A DNA stretch of 64,000 nucleotides from Thermoplasmata archaeon (lineage in GTDB: Archaea > Thermoplasmatota > E2 > DHVEG-1): assembly GCA_003942085.1 (NCBI GenBank), contig DQIQ01000001.1:24950-88949 (forward strand). The letters run 5' to 3'. The notes beneath the pieces were generated by a model. It saw nothing but the letters and a program-made list of their open reading frames with translations, was not told where the DNA came from and searched no databases. Position numbers and translations under genes: made by a program. Of the stretch, positions 1 to 9,476 are shown piece after piece. Within the stretch, counting starts at the first letter, position 1. Every line of letters begins with the position of its first letter.

Positions 1-1094
1 AAGTGACCATAGGCAGCGGTATTCTTAAAAATCGGCCGCCTCAAATCAAGTTGCTCTATGATATCAGCGGGTTTTACAGGGAAAAATTCTCTAATGAGAG
101 CTTCGATAGCATCAAGCGAGATTTTATTTGTACCAAAACAATCGATGTTGATGGAAACGGGCTCTGCGACGCCGATTGCGTAGGCAAACTGGATTTCACA
201 TCTCTCTGCTATCCCTGAGGCGACAATGTTTTTTGCGATATATCGGGTTGCATACGCAGCACTGCGATCAACCTTGGTTGGGTCTTTTCCGGAAAAAGCG
301 CCGCCGCCATGTCTGCCAACACCTCCATAGGTATCGACAATAATCTTCCGTCCGGTCAAACCAGCGTCCGCATAAGGACCACCACGGATAAATGCACCGG
401 TTGGGTTGACATGATAAATAGTATCCTTATCGATCCAATCCTTACAGATGGGTTTAATCACTGTTTCAATCACATCCTTTCGTATCCGGTCATGAGAAAC
501 ACCGCCATCGTGCTGGGTGGATACGACAATCGTATGAGCCCGTATGGGTTTTCCTTTTTCGTCGTATTCGATTGAGACCTGTGATTTCCCGTCAGGCCGC
601 AGGTATGAAATCCTATTGGCTTTCCTCATTTCGGATAATCGTTTGGTCAGTTTATGCGCAAGAAGGATAGGCAAAGGCATGAACTCCTTGGTTTCATTAC
701 ACGCGTACCCATACATCATTCCTTGGTCACCAGCACCTTGTTCTTTATGCAGACCTTTTCCCGCGGTGACCCCTTGGGAGATATCAGGGCTCTGTTCTGT
801 GATCTGAACCCACACGGAACAGGTTTCCCATTCAATGCCATATTCAGACTTGGTGTATCCAATTCCTTTGATGGTATCGCGGACGATATGGGGGATGTCG
901 ATGTAGGCTTCAGTGGTCATTTCACCAAAGATCATGACCCCTCCGTTCTTGGTCGCAGTCTCAACGGCAACCCTTGAGTTTTTATCCTGTCTGAGTGCTT
1001 CATCAAGCACCGAATCAGATATCAGGTCACACATTTTATCTGGATGTCCTTCGGTTACAGATTCTGAACTTATGATACTCTTTCGTTTTGCCAT
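1..1094 (-). CDS. metK: S-adenosylmethionine synthetase, bacterial/eukaryal MetK type. The 3' end runs off the window start.
   Basis: The reverse-strand translation starts at ATG (complement of 1092-1094) and reads [23 protein letters not shown]...[29 protein letters not shown]...[21 protein letters not shown], the classic MetK signatures. It is missing from the ORF track because its stop lies outside the window. The plus-strand ORFs at 3-1155 are antisense artefacts. Confidence 0.85.
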   Translation of the reverse strand, partial: MAKRKSIISSESVTEGHPDKMCDLISDSVLDEALRQDKNSRVAVETATKNGGVMIFGEMTTEAYIDIPHIVRDTIKGIGYTKSEYGIEWETCSVWVQITEQSPDISQGVTAGKGLHKEQGAGDQGMMYGYACNETKEFMPLPILLAHKLTKRLSEMRKANRISYLRPDGKSQVSIEYDEKGKPIRAHTIVVSTQHDGGVSHDRIRKDVIETVIKPICKDWIDKDTIYHVNPTGAFIRGGPYADAGLTGRKIIVDTYGGVGRHGGGAFSGKDPTKVDRSAAYATRYIAKNIVASGIAERCEIQFAYAIGVAEPVSINIDCFGTNKISLDAIEALIREFFPVKPADIIEQLDLRRPIFKNTAAYGH

Positions 1095-1206
1095 ACACTC
1101 ACCCAATAAAGAAACCATTGTATATGGAATTCCACAACCAGAAGTAATTTATTAAGTTTATCACAGAAGAAATGGATGTGGAAAAAAAATAAAAAAAGAA
1201 GGATGC

Positions 1207-1614
1207 TTATCCTATTTTTCTTGTGGTAGTCCACATGTCGTCTTCGATGGACCCGTAGATATCCTCATCAGAGATATTCTTCGGCTGTTTCTTATCAACA
1301 ATGAGCGCGCTACGCTCCGAGCCAATCTCTTTGGAATATCGGGCGATCGTATCTTTTTTCAGACGCCAGTAGTGGGTACGCCATTCCCGACCATCATATA
1401 GTGTGGTTTCTTCCCGCTCGGTCGTCAGCATGCCCTCTTCTTCGAGGATATAGAATAGCTGCCGATCTTCGGGATCGAGCACGTTGTCGATGACACGGTC
1501 ATCAAACCCGAAAATATCCATGACGAACCCTGCATCACGTCGCGCTTCCTCAATGTCGATACCCACACGATGGGCTATTGCTTTTGATAAGTCATCTAGT
1601 GTGATAATTGTCAT
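1207..1614 (-). CDS. Hypothetical acidic cytoplasmic protein, 135 aa.
   Basis: A clean ORF with no recognisable motif. It sits between metK and a divergently oriented kinase. Confidence 0.35.
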   Translation of the reverse strand: MTIITLDDLSKAIAHRVGIDIEEARRDAGFVMDIFGFDDRVIDNVLDPEDRQLFYILEEEGMLTTEREETTLYDGREWRTHYWRLKKDTIARYSKEIGSERSALIVDKKQPKNISDEDIYGSIEDDMWTTTRKIG

Positions 1615-1822
1615 AAAAATTTCCTTCCATTACGTTTTCATAGCCTTTTCTGATCGCTTCCTGCCTTTGATTTTCTTAAATAATTCGCCATATATCTGTA
1701 CGGACCTTATATATATAACTTTCTCCATTTGCAGGTTTTTTATTGTTTTTTAAGTCAAAAATATAAAAAAAGAGGCGTTTAAGCTAAAATAGAGGGTGCT
1801 TGATACTCTTGATGGTGTGTGA

Positions 1823-2869
1823 ATGGAGCCTTCCCTTCAGAAACGATTACTACAGAGACTACTCGATCTTGAACGAAAGGAGCTTTCGACGTTCCATGTT
1901 GTAATGCTGCCTGATTTCTTTGTCGATCATTTCGTCTCGTTTGATACGGTTGATAAGACCTGTAATTCGATCAAAACGGTTGCAGCACAAGGAGGCGGTA
2001 ACATTCCAGGGCGTGCACAGCAGATTCATCAAGGAGGAAACGCGGCAAATACCGCACTAGGCCTAGCGTGTCTCGGGATGAGTTCTCATTTAATCTGTCA
2101 AACCAACAAACTTGGTTTACACCTTCTTCAATATTTTTTAGGAAAGGACCAGGTGGACCTTTCAGGGGTCAGAACCGATGGGAAGCTTGCAATCACTACC
2201 GCCCTTGAGTTTCGTGAACAATATGCAAACATTATGCTTGGGGATCCTGGATCAGTTGCTACATTTAGCTATGATCTGCTGGATGATCATAGTCTTGAGT
2301 TGATTACATCAGCGAACCTTGTTGGAGTGACGAACTGGAATCTGAATGGCTTCGGTACCGATCTTGCTTGTAAGGTCTTTGAGATTGCAAAAAAACACAA
2401 GGTACGGACATTCTTTGATTCAGGTGATCCCTCCCCCAGAGTCCAGGACATTCCTGATTTAATGGAAAAGGTCCTGATGAATTCTCAGATGGATATCTTC
2501 GGGCTTAATGAAAACGAACTGAATTATTACAGTATGCGTACAAACAAAACACAAGTGGAGATGATCGCCGCAGCAGAATCTTTAAAAAAGAAGATTCCGG
2601 CACGTATTGATTTTCATACCGCTCTGTTTTCTTGTTCGGTACACAATACATCTACCGTTGTTCCGACCGCCCCCCTCCAAACAATATATCGAGTCACCGG
2701 TGCGGGAGATTCGTGGAACGCAGCAAATATATTTGCAGACCTTTTGGGGTTTGCAGATGACGAACGATTGTTGTTTGCGAACATATGTGCCGGGCATTAT
2801 ATTTCTTCACCCGACATTGTCCCATCGACGATTGACACAGTCATTAATTTTATTAAAATGAATCTATAA
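1823..2869 (+). CDS. PfkB/ribokinase-family carbohydrate kinase.
   Basis: The N-terminal GG...GGNAANTALGLACLG sugar-binding motif and the C-terminal VTGAGDSWNAANIFADLLG (the DTxGAGD signature 2 of the PfkB family) are both present. Confidence 0.7.
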   Translation: MEPSLQKRLLQRLLDLERKELSTFHVVMLPDFFVDHFVSFDTVDKTCNSIKTVAAQGGGNIPGRAQQIHQGGNAANTALGLACLGMSSHLICQTNKLGLHLLQYFLGKDQVDLSGVRTDGKLAITTALEFREQYANIMLGDPGSVATFSYDLLDDHSLELITSANLVGVTNWNLNGFGTDLACKVFEIAKKHKVRTFFDSGDPSPRVQDIPDLMEKVLMNSQMDIFGLNENELNYYSMRTNKTQVEMIAAAESLKKKIPARIDFHTALFSCSVHNTSTVVPTAPLQTIYRVTGAGDSWNAANIFADLLGFADDERLLFANICAGHYISSPDIVPSTIDTVINFIKMNL

Positions 2870-3058
2870 ATTAACAATTTTATGTAATACTCTCCCTAAA
2901 AATATTAGAATTTTATCGGAAGGTTTTTATACAATATATATTAATTCTATAAAAAAATTTATATACTATCTCTCCTTACCAAATGCAGAATGGGGGAGGC
3001 AAAAATTTTTTTAATCTCTCCTCACCACCTTCAAACTTCCCCATTCTCTCCTTATTCA

Positions 3059-4363
3059 CTAGGAAAACAAAATCCGTTCTACTTTTTTTGCAACGGCTTT
3101 TCGATATTTTTCATCAGTAATAAGCATAAAAGCCCAGTCCGGAGATATGCGTGAACGAATTGCTTTGGCTATCGGAGTAAACTCATCTAATGTTTTCAAT
3201 TCATCTCGGTCGATGACCTGGATATCGGTGTTGTTAATCCGAGGCTCTGCCCTCAACAATTCAGGTCGGGGGATATCAATAATGATATGACCCTTGGGGA
3301 TACGGAACGCCTCTTCCAACTCACGTTCTTTTTGGCGTCGCACTGAGACATCTTCAAGCCGCTTGACGACCTTGATTCCATCCTTATCTAAATCAAGGGG
3401 TGAGACCGCGAATGCCTGTTTGAAGAGTTCACGATATTTCAGACGTGTGACGATCTCCTGCTGAAACCGCCCCATGCCCTTCAGCGATATCATAATCTCA
3501 GCATCGGTCATCCGGAAAAACTCAAACGGCTCGGCATCTGGTATTTCTTCAAGAGCTTTGGACAACATAAGTTCCGGGATACGCACCGTCTTATGAAAAT
3601 ACACCGATGAATACATCAAAGCACGTGCCATGAGAATGTTTTCAACGACATTCACCCCTTTGCGCATCATCGTCAAATTCCCCTTATATATCATCATTGT
3701 TCTCAAGAGACGCTGAAGGTCAATCATCCCGTACGCGACACCGGTATAGTAGGCATCACGCATGAGGTAATCTAACTGATCGACATCGATGGTACTGTTC
3801 AAGAGCTGACTGAGATATGATTTCTTTGATAGTTTCCCCCGGATGATGTTGACAATTTCTTTTTCATTTACCTGATGCTTATTGAGGATTTCATGAACGG
3901 AGGGTGCGGAAATGAACGGTCTTTCTGTCGCATCCAAAACATCATAGGTCCCAAAAATCAGTTTCTCGGTAAGATCCACATGATCAACGCCAAATCGCTG
4001 CAACAGAATCGACTCCAAGGTATGCGAGAACGGACCGTGACCAATATCGTGCAATTGTGCAGCACAGGTCAGCAATTTTTTTTCCGTTTCTTTCAAACCA
4101 AGGATATCCGCAATCTGAGACGCTATCATGGAGCTGCCTAAAGAGTGCTCAAAACGAGTATGATGCGCACCAGGGAATACAAGGTGGGCAAACCCGAGTT
4201 GTTTGATGTTATGGAGGCGTTGCACCTCAGGAGTCTCTAGTAAATCAACCAGACATCCAGTGATTTTAATATCACCATGAATCGGGTCTCTGACGATTTT
4301 ATGATCTTCAACCATGTGTTTTCTAGAGCAGAAAAAGAAAAAGAGTTGATATAGTTTTGTCAC
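3059..4363 (-). CDS. HD-domain dNTP triphosphohydrolase-like protein (dGTPase/SAMHD1 family). The likely true start is an internal Met at 4315.
   Basis: RDPIHGDIKI...VQRLHNIKQLGFAHLVFPGAHHTRFEHSLGS...LHDIGHGPFSH is the HD-domain metal-binding pattern of dGTPase-like enzymes. Confidence 0.75.
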   Translation of the reverse strand: MTKLYQLFFFFCSRKHMVEDHKIVRDPIHGDIKITGCLVDLLETPEVQRLHNIKQLGFAHLVFPGAHHTRFEHSLGSSMIASQIADILGLKETEKKLLTCAAQLHDIGHGPFSHTLESILLQRFGVDHVDLTEKLIFGTYDVLDATERPFISAPSVHEILNKHQVNEKEIVNIIRGKLSKKSYLSQLLNSTIDVDQLDYLMRDAYYTGVAYGMIDLQRLLRTMMIYKGNLTMMRKGVNVVENILMARALMYSSVYFHKTVRIPELMLSKALEEIPDAEPFEFFRMTDAEIMISLKGMGRFQQEIVTRLKYRELFKQAFAVSPLDLDKDGIKVVKRLEDVSVRRQKERELEEAFRIPKGHIIIDIPRPELLRAEPRINNTDIQVIDRDELKTLDEFTPIAKAIRSRISPDWAFMLITDEKYRKAVAKKVERILFS

Positions 4364-4483
4364 TCAGATCAAGCATCCAAGATAAACTATAAAACAAACA
4401 AAATCATTAAGCATCTCAATAATAGTAGGAAAATAAACAATCACTTGTGAGGTGTCCTTATTACAAAACCAATCCTGTTTTCC

Positions 4484-4720
4484 TTGGAGCAATGCATCAA
4501 ATGCCAAGAAACAAAAGAATTGCTCGCCGGGAGAGAAGATGTCGATATCGTTACCTTCCCTCATGACCTGAATCAGTGGCGCGAGGAGGATTTTAATTTA
4601 GCAAAATCCCATGACGTATTTGAAGACCTCCAGAGAACCGCACCAATCCTCTGGCTTGACGGAGAAAAAAAAATCGGATATCTGAGAATACGAAAGTGGC
4701 TCCAAGACACCTTTAAATAA
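4484..4720 (+). CDS. Small glutaredoxin-like / thioredoxin-fold protein (single CxxC).
   Basis: It is 78 aa, has a CIKC motif near the N-terminus and a C-terminal segment that could be a glutaredoxin-like fold (impression only), and it opens the redox cluster. Confidence 0.45.
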   Translation: MEQCIKCQETKELLAGREDVDIVTFPHDLNQWREEDFNLAKSHDVFEDLQRTAPILWLDGEKKIGYLRIRKWLQDTFK

Positions 4721-4782
4721 ACCGCTTTTTACCCCTTTTTTATCCAAATATTAATTAGGGAGATATTGCTATTCGAAAACAA

Positions 4783-5193
4783 ATGGATACTCTTGAAACG
4801 TTAAAAATGAAAAAACTTGAGCAACTAAAGAAGCAGTATATGAAAGGAGGGAAAACCATGGAAAAAAAAATACCAGACACCCCAATCCATCTTCTTGATG
4901 CCGATATCGATGAAACAATAAAAAAATTTCCAACGATTGTGATCGACTGTTGGGCTCCCTGGTGCGGCCCCTGCCGTATGATCGGGCCAATCATTGAAGA
5001 ACTTGCAAAAGAGATGAAGGGAAAAATCATCTTTGGAAAGTTAAACGTTGATGAAAACCCTCTCACTTCGATGAAGTATAAAATCATGAGTATTCCGACC
5101 ATGCTCGTGTTTAAAAACGGATCTTTAGTTGATCGTTTCGTTGGCGCAATGCCCAAAGAAATGCTCATGCAGAAATTAAAACCGTTTCTATAG
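4783..5193 (+). CDS. trxA: Thioredoxin. The probable real start is MEKKIPD at 4858.
   Basis: WAPWCGPCRMIGPII active site and the MSIPTMLVFKNG cis-Pro region. Confidence 0.85.
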   Translation: MDTLETLKMKKLEQLKKQYMKGGKTMEKKIPDTPIHLLDADIDETIKKFPTIVIDCWAPWCGPCRMIGPIIEELAKEMKGKIIFGKLNVDENPLTSMKYKIMSIPTMLVFKNGSLVDRFVGAMPKEMLMQKLKPFL

Positions 5194-5204
5194 CGATTTG
5201 TCCG

Positions 5205-5750
5205 GTGATGACGATTTCAGCAATAAAAAAGCTATCTGTTACCTTCCTTGTTTTTCTTTTTGTTTTTCTCAGCATTTTTACTGGTTGTACAGAAAAAAAA
5301 GGTAATGCTGGTGAGGATTTTTCGTTTACAACCTTGGACGGTAAGATGAAACATCTAAATGATTTTTATGGGAGAATTATTGTCCTTGATTGCATGGCAG
5401 TGAACTGCCAACCCTGTATGTTTCAAATGTTCGAGCTAAAAAAAGTATCAGAAAACTATTCAACAAATAATGTCACAATCCTTTCGATAGATGTCTGGGT
5501 ATCAAGTGGAGAAACCGCATCCATGCTTCAAGACACTATCGATGCTTTCAAAAACCAGGTTAACATGACGTTAGACTGGACGTTTGGACTGGATGATCCG
5601 CAAGGAACCATTCAAAACACTTACGCTTCAGCGGGAGTACCTACTCTCTATATCTTTGATAAAAAGGGAAATATTTATTACTCCCACGTGGGTTATGAAG
5701 ATTATTCAGCGCTTGCATCTCAGCTTGATCAGATGCTGAGCAAAGTATAA
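5205..5750 (+). CDS. TlpA/ResA-like thiol-disulfide oxidoreductase, a probable lipoprotein facing outside the membrane.
   Basis: The signal peptide carries a lipobox-like LSIFTGC, and the thioredoxin-like domain has a CQPC active site (VLDCMAVNCQPCMFQ). Confidence 0.7.
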   Translation: MMTISAIKKLSVTFLVFLFVFLSIFTGCTEKKGNAGEDFSFTTLDGKMKHLNDFYGRIIVLDCMAVNCQPCMFQMFELKKVSENYSTNNVTILSIDVWVSSGETASMLQDTIDAFKNQVNMTLDWTFGLDDPQGTIQNTYASAGVPTLYIFDKKGNIYYSHVGYEDYSALASQLDQMLSKV

Positions 5751-5768
5751 ATAGGACATTAGGGAGAT

Positions 5769-6278
5769 ATGAAGACTATGACAAACAACAGAAGAATATC
5801 GATAATATTTCTCACGACAATTATTTTAGGAACATGCATTGCATCGGTCACTGCGACAGACCCGACGATTGGATCGGTCACGATTACCCCAAATGAACCA
5901 GCACCTCAATCATCTGTTAACTTTTCAGTAAACATCGTAGGGGACGGGATCTCAGCGGTATATCTGCATTATAAAGAGTGCAATGTTCAAATTTGCAAGG
6001 TTTTTAATAACATCTCGATGACAAAATTGTCGGGTAACACCTATGAAAAAAAGATAAAACTCACGTGGGATGAGGCTACCTACATTACGTATAATTTCGA
6101 GATCAATAGCAATGGTGTGTGGACGAAAACCGAGTATGTGAATGTCTCACTCAAACCAGTGACAAACGATGATGGAAACAACACAAATAATAATAAACAA
6201 CCAGGTTTTGAAATTCTTTTCTTCGTCGCAGCAGTTGGTGTTAGCGTCATCATATTAGGAAGAAAGAGATCCCGATGA
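5769..6278 (+). CDS. Secreted Ig-like protein with a PGF-CTERM archaeal sorting signal.
   Basis: It has an N-terminal signal peptide. The C-terminus reads NNNKQPGFEILFFVAAVGVSVIILGRKRSR, i.e. a PGF motif, a TM helix and a basic tail, the archaeosortase A target signature. It overlaps the next gene by 4 nt (ATGA). Confidence 0.6.
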   Translation: MKTMTNNRRISIIFLTTIILGTCIASVTATDPTIGSVTITPNEPAPQSSVNFSVNIVGDGISAVYLHYKECNVQICKVFNNISMTKLSGNTYEKKIKLTWDEATYITYNFEINSNGVWTKTEYVNVSLKPVTNDDGNNTNNNKQPGFEILFFVAAVGVSVIILGRKRSR

Positions 6279-7084
6279 AGTTTCAGCTGAAACGTCTATA
6301 CTTTCAGATTATTCTCTTTTTTACAGCAAATCTGGGCGCTGTCGGTCTAAAGACCGGGTTTTGCTACCCGTTCTTCTACTGTCAAGCCTGTCCTGCTGCC
6401 ACTTCCGCATGCCCCATACGAGCATTGGAAAACAGTGTCTACAAACAGAGCTTCGAGTGGAGATTTTTACTCTATCCGCTCCTTATCATCGGATTTTTTG
6501 GAATTACGACAGGGCGAGCTATCTGCGGCTGGGCATGCCCGATCGGAGTATTGCAACGAGGAACAGGCCGTGTTGCACGAAAAGTAAAAAGACATCCTAT
6601 CGCGCAGAGACTCGGAGCACATAGTGTGGAGAAATATCTCCGGTACACAAAGTATTTTATGTTGATTGTATTTGTTTTCTTGACCTCGCTGCTCATTGGA
6701 TTTATCTTCACCGACATCTGTCCGGTCGGGATGCTAGTGGGAACTTTCCCGATTTTGATTCTGAACCCGGGGAAGTTTGTGCCAAATTATTTTTTCCCAG
6801 TAGCCCTTGTTATTTTCGTTCTATTTATCACACTTATCTTCATTATTGAACGCGGATGGTGCCGATATTTCTGCCCGGTTGGTGCAATGCTTGGTCCGTT
6901 CAATAAAATAAGCATGCTCCACATTGAGGTTCATACCAAAGAATGTCTTCATTGTAACGTTTGTTCAGATATCTGTCCTATGGGGATTGATGTCCCAAAC
7001 ATGCATCGAGACCCCGAATGTATCCTCTGTGGAAAATGCGTCTCATCATGTCCAACGAAACAGATAACCTTTGAGAAGGTGTAA
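6275..7084 (+). CDS. Polytopic membrane 4Fe-4S ferredoxin-type protein of the NapH/MauN family.
   Basis: It has several TM helices and cysteine clusters CPVGAMLGP, CLHCNVCSDICP and CILCGKCVSSCP. Its start overlaps the upstream stop and its end overlaps the downstream start. Confidence 0.65.
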   Translation: MKFQLKRLYFQIILFFTANLGAVGLKTGFCYPFFYCQACPAATSACPIRALENSVYKQSFEWRFLLYPLLIIGFFGITTGRAICGWACPIGVLQRGTGRVARKVKRHPIAQRLGAHSVEKYLRYTKYFMLIVFVFLTSLLIGFIFTDICPVGMLVGTFPILILNPGKFVPNYFFPVALVIFVLFITLIFIIERGWCRYFCPVGAMLGPFNKISMLHIEVHTKECLHCNVCSDICPMGIDVPNMHRDPECILCGKCVSSCPTKQITFEKV

Positions 7085-7718
7085 CATGAAAAGGAGTTTT
7101 GTCCTTCAAATCGCTGCAGTCATTGTCGTCTCTGGTGCATTTGTTGGAATCCTTACTACGGCAGATGTCTACGAAGATGTCAAGGCACGTATCGTAGAAG
7201 TCCTCTGTCTGAGTTGTATCAAACTTGAGCCGAAAACAATCCAAGAATTTACTTTCAAAACAGTTGATGACGCTCCACATCCTTATTTCGTCACAGAGAA
7301 TTTAACCAAAGGCCCTGTTTTTTTACATTATAGTGAAGACGTCTGTGCCGGCTGCGAGGTCATGTTTCCCATTGTCAAACAATTGTTCAACATCGAATTT
7401 GGGAAACAAGATATGTTTTCAAAGACCGTGACTTTTGACCATGGGAATATTACGTATATTTACGTCAATCTCGACCATACCATCGATATATTAGAAAACT
7501 CATTCCCGATGTACGACAAAGACGATATCGGAGGGTTACCGATGTTCACCATCATCACCTTGGGATATGACCATGGGACCGTCAGACCGTATTTTACGAC
7601 GCTTTATGGGACGTTGAATGTTCCGACAGACGCTGAAAGATCGTCCCTTCTGCGGGAAGTTTTAACAGAAAGTATTGAGATGTATCAACAGAATAAAGCA
7701 GGGTATCAGCCAACCTAA
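7071..7718 (+). CDS. Membrane-anchored thioredoxin-fold protein (CxxC).
   Basis: It has an N-terminal TM anchor and a CAGCEVMFP CxxC motif. It is co-operonic with the NapH-like gene. Confidence 0.45.
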   Translation: MRRCNMKRSFVLQIAAVIVVSGAFVGILTTADVYEDVKARIVEVLCLSCIKLEPKTIQEFTFKTVDDAPHPYFVTENLTKGPVFLHYSEDVCAGCEVMFPIVKQLFNIEFGKQDMFSKTVTFDHGNITYIYVNLDHTIDILENSFPMYDKDDIGGLPMFTIITLGYDHGTVRPYFTTLYGTLNVPTDAERSSLLREVLTESIEMYQQNKAGYQPT

Positions 7719-7760
7719 GTAAAAAAAAATGAAAAAAGAACGAAGGAACAGATATTTTCC

Positions 7761-7925
7761 TTAGATCTCGCCGTTTTTTATCTTTGTGCGGAGGATCTCG
7801 AATTGTGCCCGTGTTAATGTGCACACGTTCTTTTTTTCGCCAATGATCACCTTATCACTCCGGACATCCACGACTGGACATTTCGGAGGGACACAAACTC
7901 CATCATTGCATAATACAACTTTCAT
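7761..7925 (-). CDS. Possible 54-aa cysteine-containing small protein (below the ORF-track cutoff).
   Basis: The reverse strand reads MKVVLCNDGVCVPPKCPVVDVRSDKVIIGEKKNVCTLTRAQFEILRTKIKNGEI with four Cys. It is only hand-translated. Confidence 0.2.
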   Translation of the reverse strand: MKVVLCNDGVCVPPKCPVVDVRSDKVIIGEKKNVCTLTRAQFEILRTKIKNGEI

Positions 7926-8017
7926 ATTATCCCTCTAATTATCAATTGTTAACTGTCTATTAGGCCATGAATATTTAAATACTTTTCTAAAAATTTGGGA
8001 AAAAACCGGTCATTTTC

Positions 8018-9403
8018 CTAAATGTAACGGGCAATAGTGTAGTTTTTCTTATCTATCATGGAGACAATGCGAGGACCCTGCGACGTATCAACAGAATCAA
8101 CTTCTTTTACAGTCACGGTCACAGCAGACCCTGTTTTTTCTTCAAATCCTTTCTTTATGAACTGAAAAATCTCTTCAACAGAAGGCCCGATGGGTCGAAG
8201 CGCTTCATCGATTACGACCTGGATTTCAAGGGTCGTCAGATCATGTTGGATGATCTTTGTGTTCTTGACCTTGTTTGTTTTTAGCTGATAGAGGATTTTA
8301 CTGTAGATTTCTGAAAATGATGAAGGAAGCAGCACGTTTCCCCCGGGAAGATAGAGCGCCAGGTCATTTCGTCCGTACACCTTCTTGATGAGTGCACCAG
8401 TCTTGCCGCACGAACAATGCCCATCAAGGGGAGCGACAATATCGTTGATCGCAGAATAGCGAATGATCGGCGTCCCATGGCTATGGAACTTTGTGATGAC
8501 CATCTCCCCTGCTTCACCAGAGGCTACCGGTTGTCCCTTTCTCAGGAACTCGGCATAGACAAGATCAGACATGAGATGATAACTGCCTTTTTTACATTGA
8601 AAACCAATGAGACCGGATTCGGTCGCCCCATAAACCTCAAAGACCTTCGCATGAAATGTCTTTTCTATAAATAATTTCAGATACGGATCAAGGACTGAGC
8701 CGGTCGCAGCGATATATCGTGGTGAAATATTATCCCCAAATCCGGACTCTTTTTGTAAAGCAAGATGACCAAGCATCCCGACGTACCCACCGATGAACGC
8801 AGGTTGAAACTCATTGATCGCGGATACGATTTTTTTTGGATCATCGTTGGTGTTCAACCATTGAATGTTTCGAAAAATCCCCGATATATTAAAACGAGGC
8901 TGCAGCCCTCTGGTGACATAGCCACTTTCGGCAGTATGCGGCGCGAAATCCCCGATTATCGTAATCCGGTCCTTCCACACGCTCATATCGTATTCATGCA
9001 ACGTCCGTATATACGCAAAAAGACCCATGACGATATCCAACATATCGACATAAATCGGAAGAACCTTACCAGTGGTTCCTGATGTTGAAACCTCGATAAG
9101 AGAACTCTTTTTTATCTTTGACGAAACAATACCATTTGGATAGTGTCGTTTGAAGTCATCTTTTGTGATACAGGGGAGTTTCTGAAGATCATCAATGCCA
9201 GCAATGTCAGATATATGAACCCCTGCTTGCTTGTATTTCTCGTGATACAGGGGCACAGTATCAGCAAATCGAACAAGCCGTCGGAGTTGTTTATCTTGAT
9301 ATCGTCGCAGAGATTCCCCACTTATTCTATCCAACCGGTCAACATCAATCAAATACCGTTTCAGAATTTTACCAAGGAACAAAGGGTTATAGAATTGATT
9401 CAT
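8018..9403 (-). CDS. Phenylacetate-CoA ligase-like (PaaK/F390-synthetase family) adenylating enzyme. The start is taken at the internal Met (MNQFYNPL).
   Basis: It has the N-terminal PaaK-family lead-in (ESLRRYQDKQLRRLVRFADTVPLYHEKYKQAGV...LPCITKDDF) and a TSGTTGK P-loop. The 76 codons upstream of the chosen Met carry no conserved signal. Confidence 0.7.
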   Translation of the reverse strand: MNQFYNPLFLGKILKRYLIDVDRLDRISGESLRRYQDKQLRRLVRFADTVPLYHEKYKQAGVHISDIAGIDDLQKLPCITKDDFKRHYPNGIVSSKIKKSSLIEVSTSGTTGKVLPIYVDMLDIVMGLFAYIRTLHEYDMSVWKDRITIIGDFAPHTAESGYVTRGLQPRFNISGIFRNIQWLNTNDDPKKIVSAINEFQPAFIGGYVGMLGHLALQKESGFGDNISPRYIAATGSVLDPYLKLFIEKTFHAKVFEVYGATESGLIGFQCKKGSYHLMSDLVYAEFLRKGQPVASGEAGEMVITKFHSHGTPIIRYSAINDIVAPLDGHCSCGKTGALIKKVYGRNDLALYLPGGNVLLPSSFSEIYSKILYQLKTNKVKNTKIIQHDLTTLEIQVVIDEALRPIGPSVEEIFQFIKKGFEEKTGSAVTVTVKEVDSVDTSQGPRIVSMIDKKNYTIARYI

Positions 9404-9476
9404 AGAGCATCCAAAGTAGAGAGGAAATAGGTACAATTCCTTAAATAGCTGTCTCTTAATTCTCCACAGAGAAGCA

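Noticed and set aside
3-1155. Five overlapping plus-strand ORFs (71-107 aa) listed in the ORF track.
   Set aside because: They lie antisense to a perfectly conserved minus-strand metK. The real gene is missing from the track only because its stop is beyond the window start.
3059-4363. HD-domain dGTPase as a possible anti-phage dNTP-depletion defence gene.
   Set aside because: It has the standard housekeeping dGTPase/SAMHD1-like architecture and sits among metabolic genes with no defence-island neighbours. There is nothing sequence-based to distinguish it from the core enzyme.
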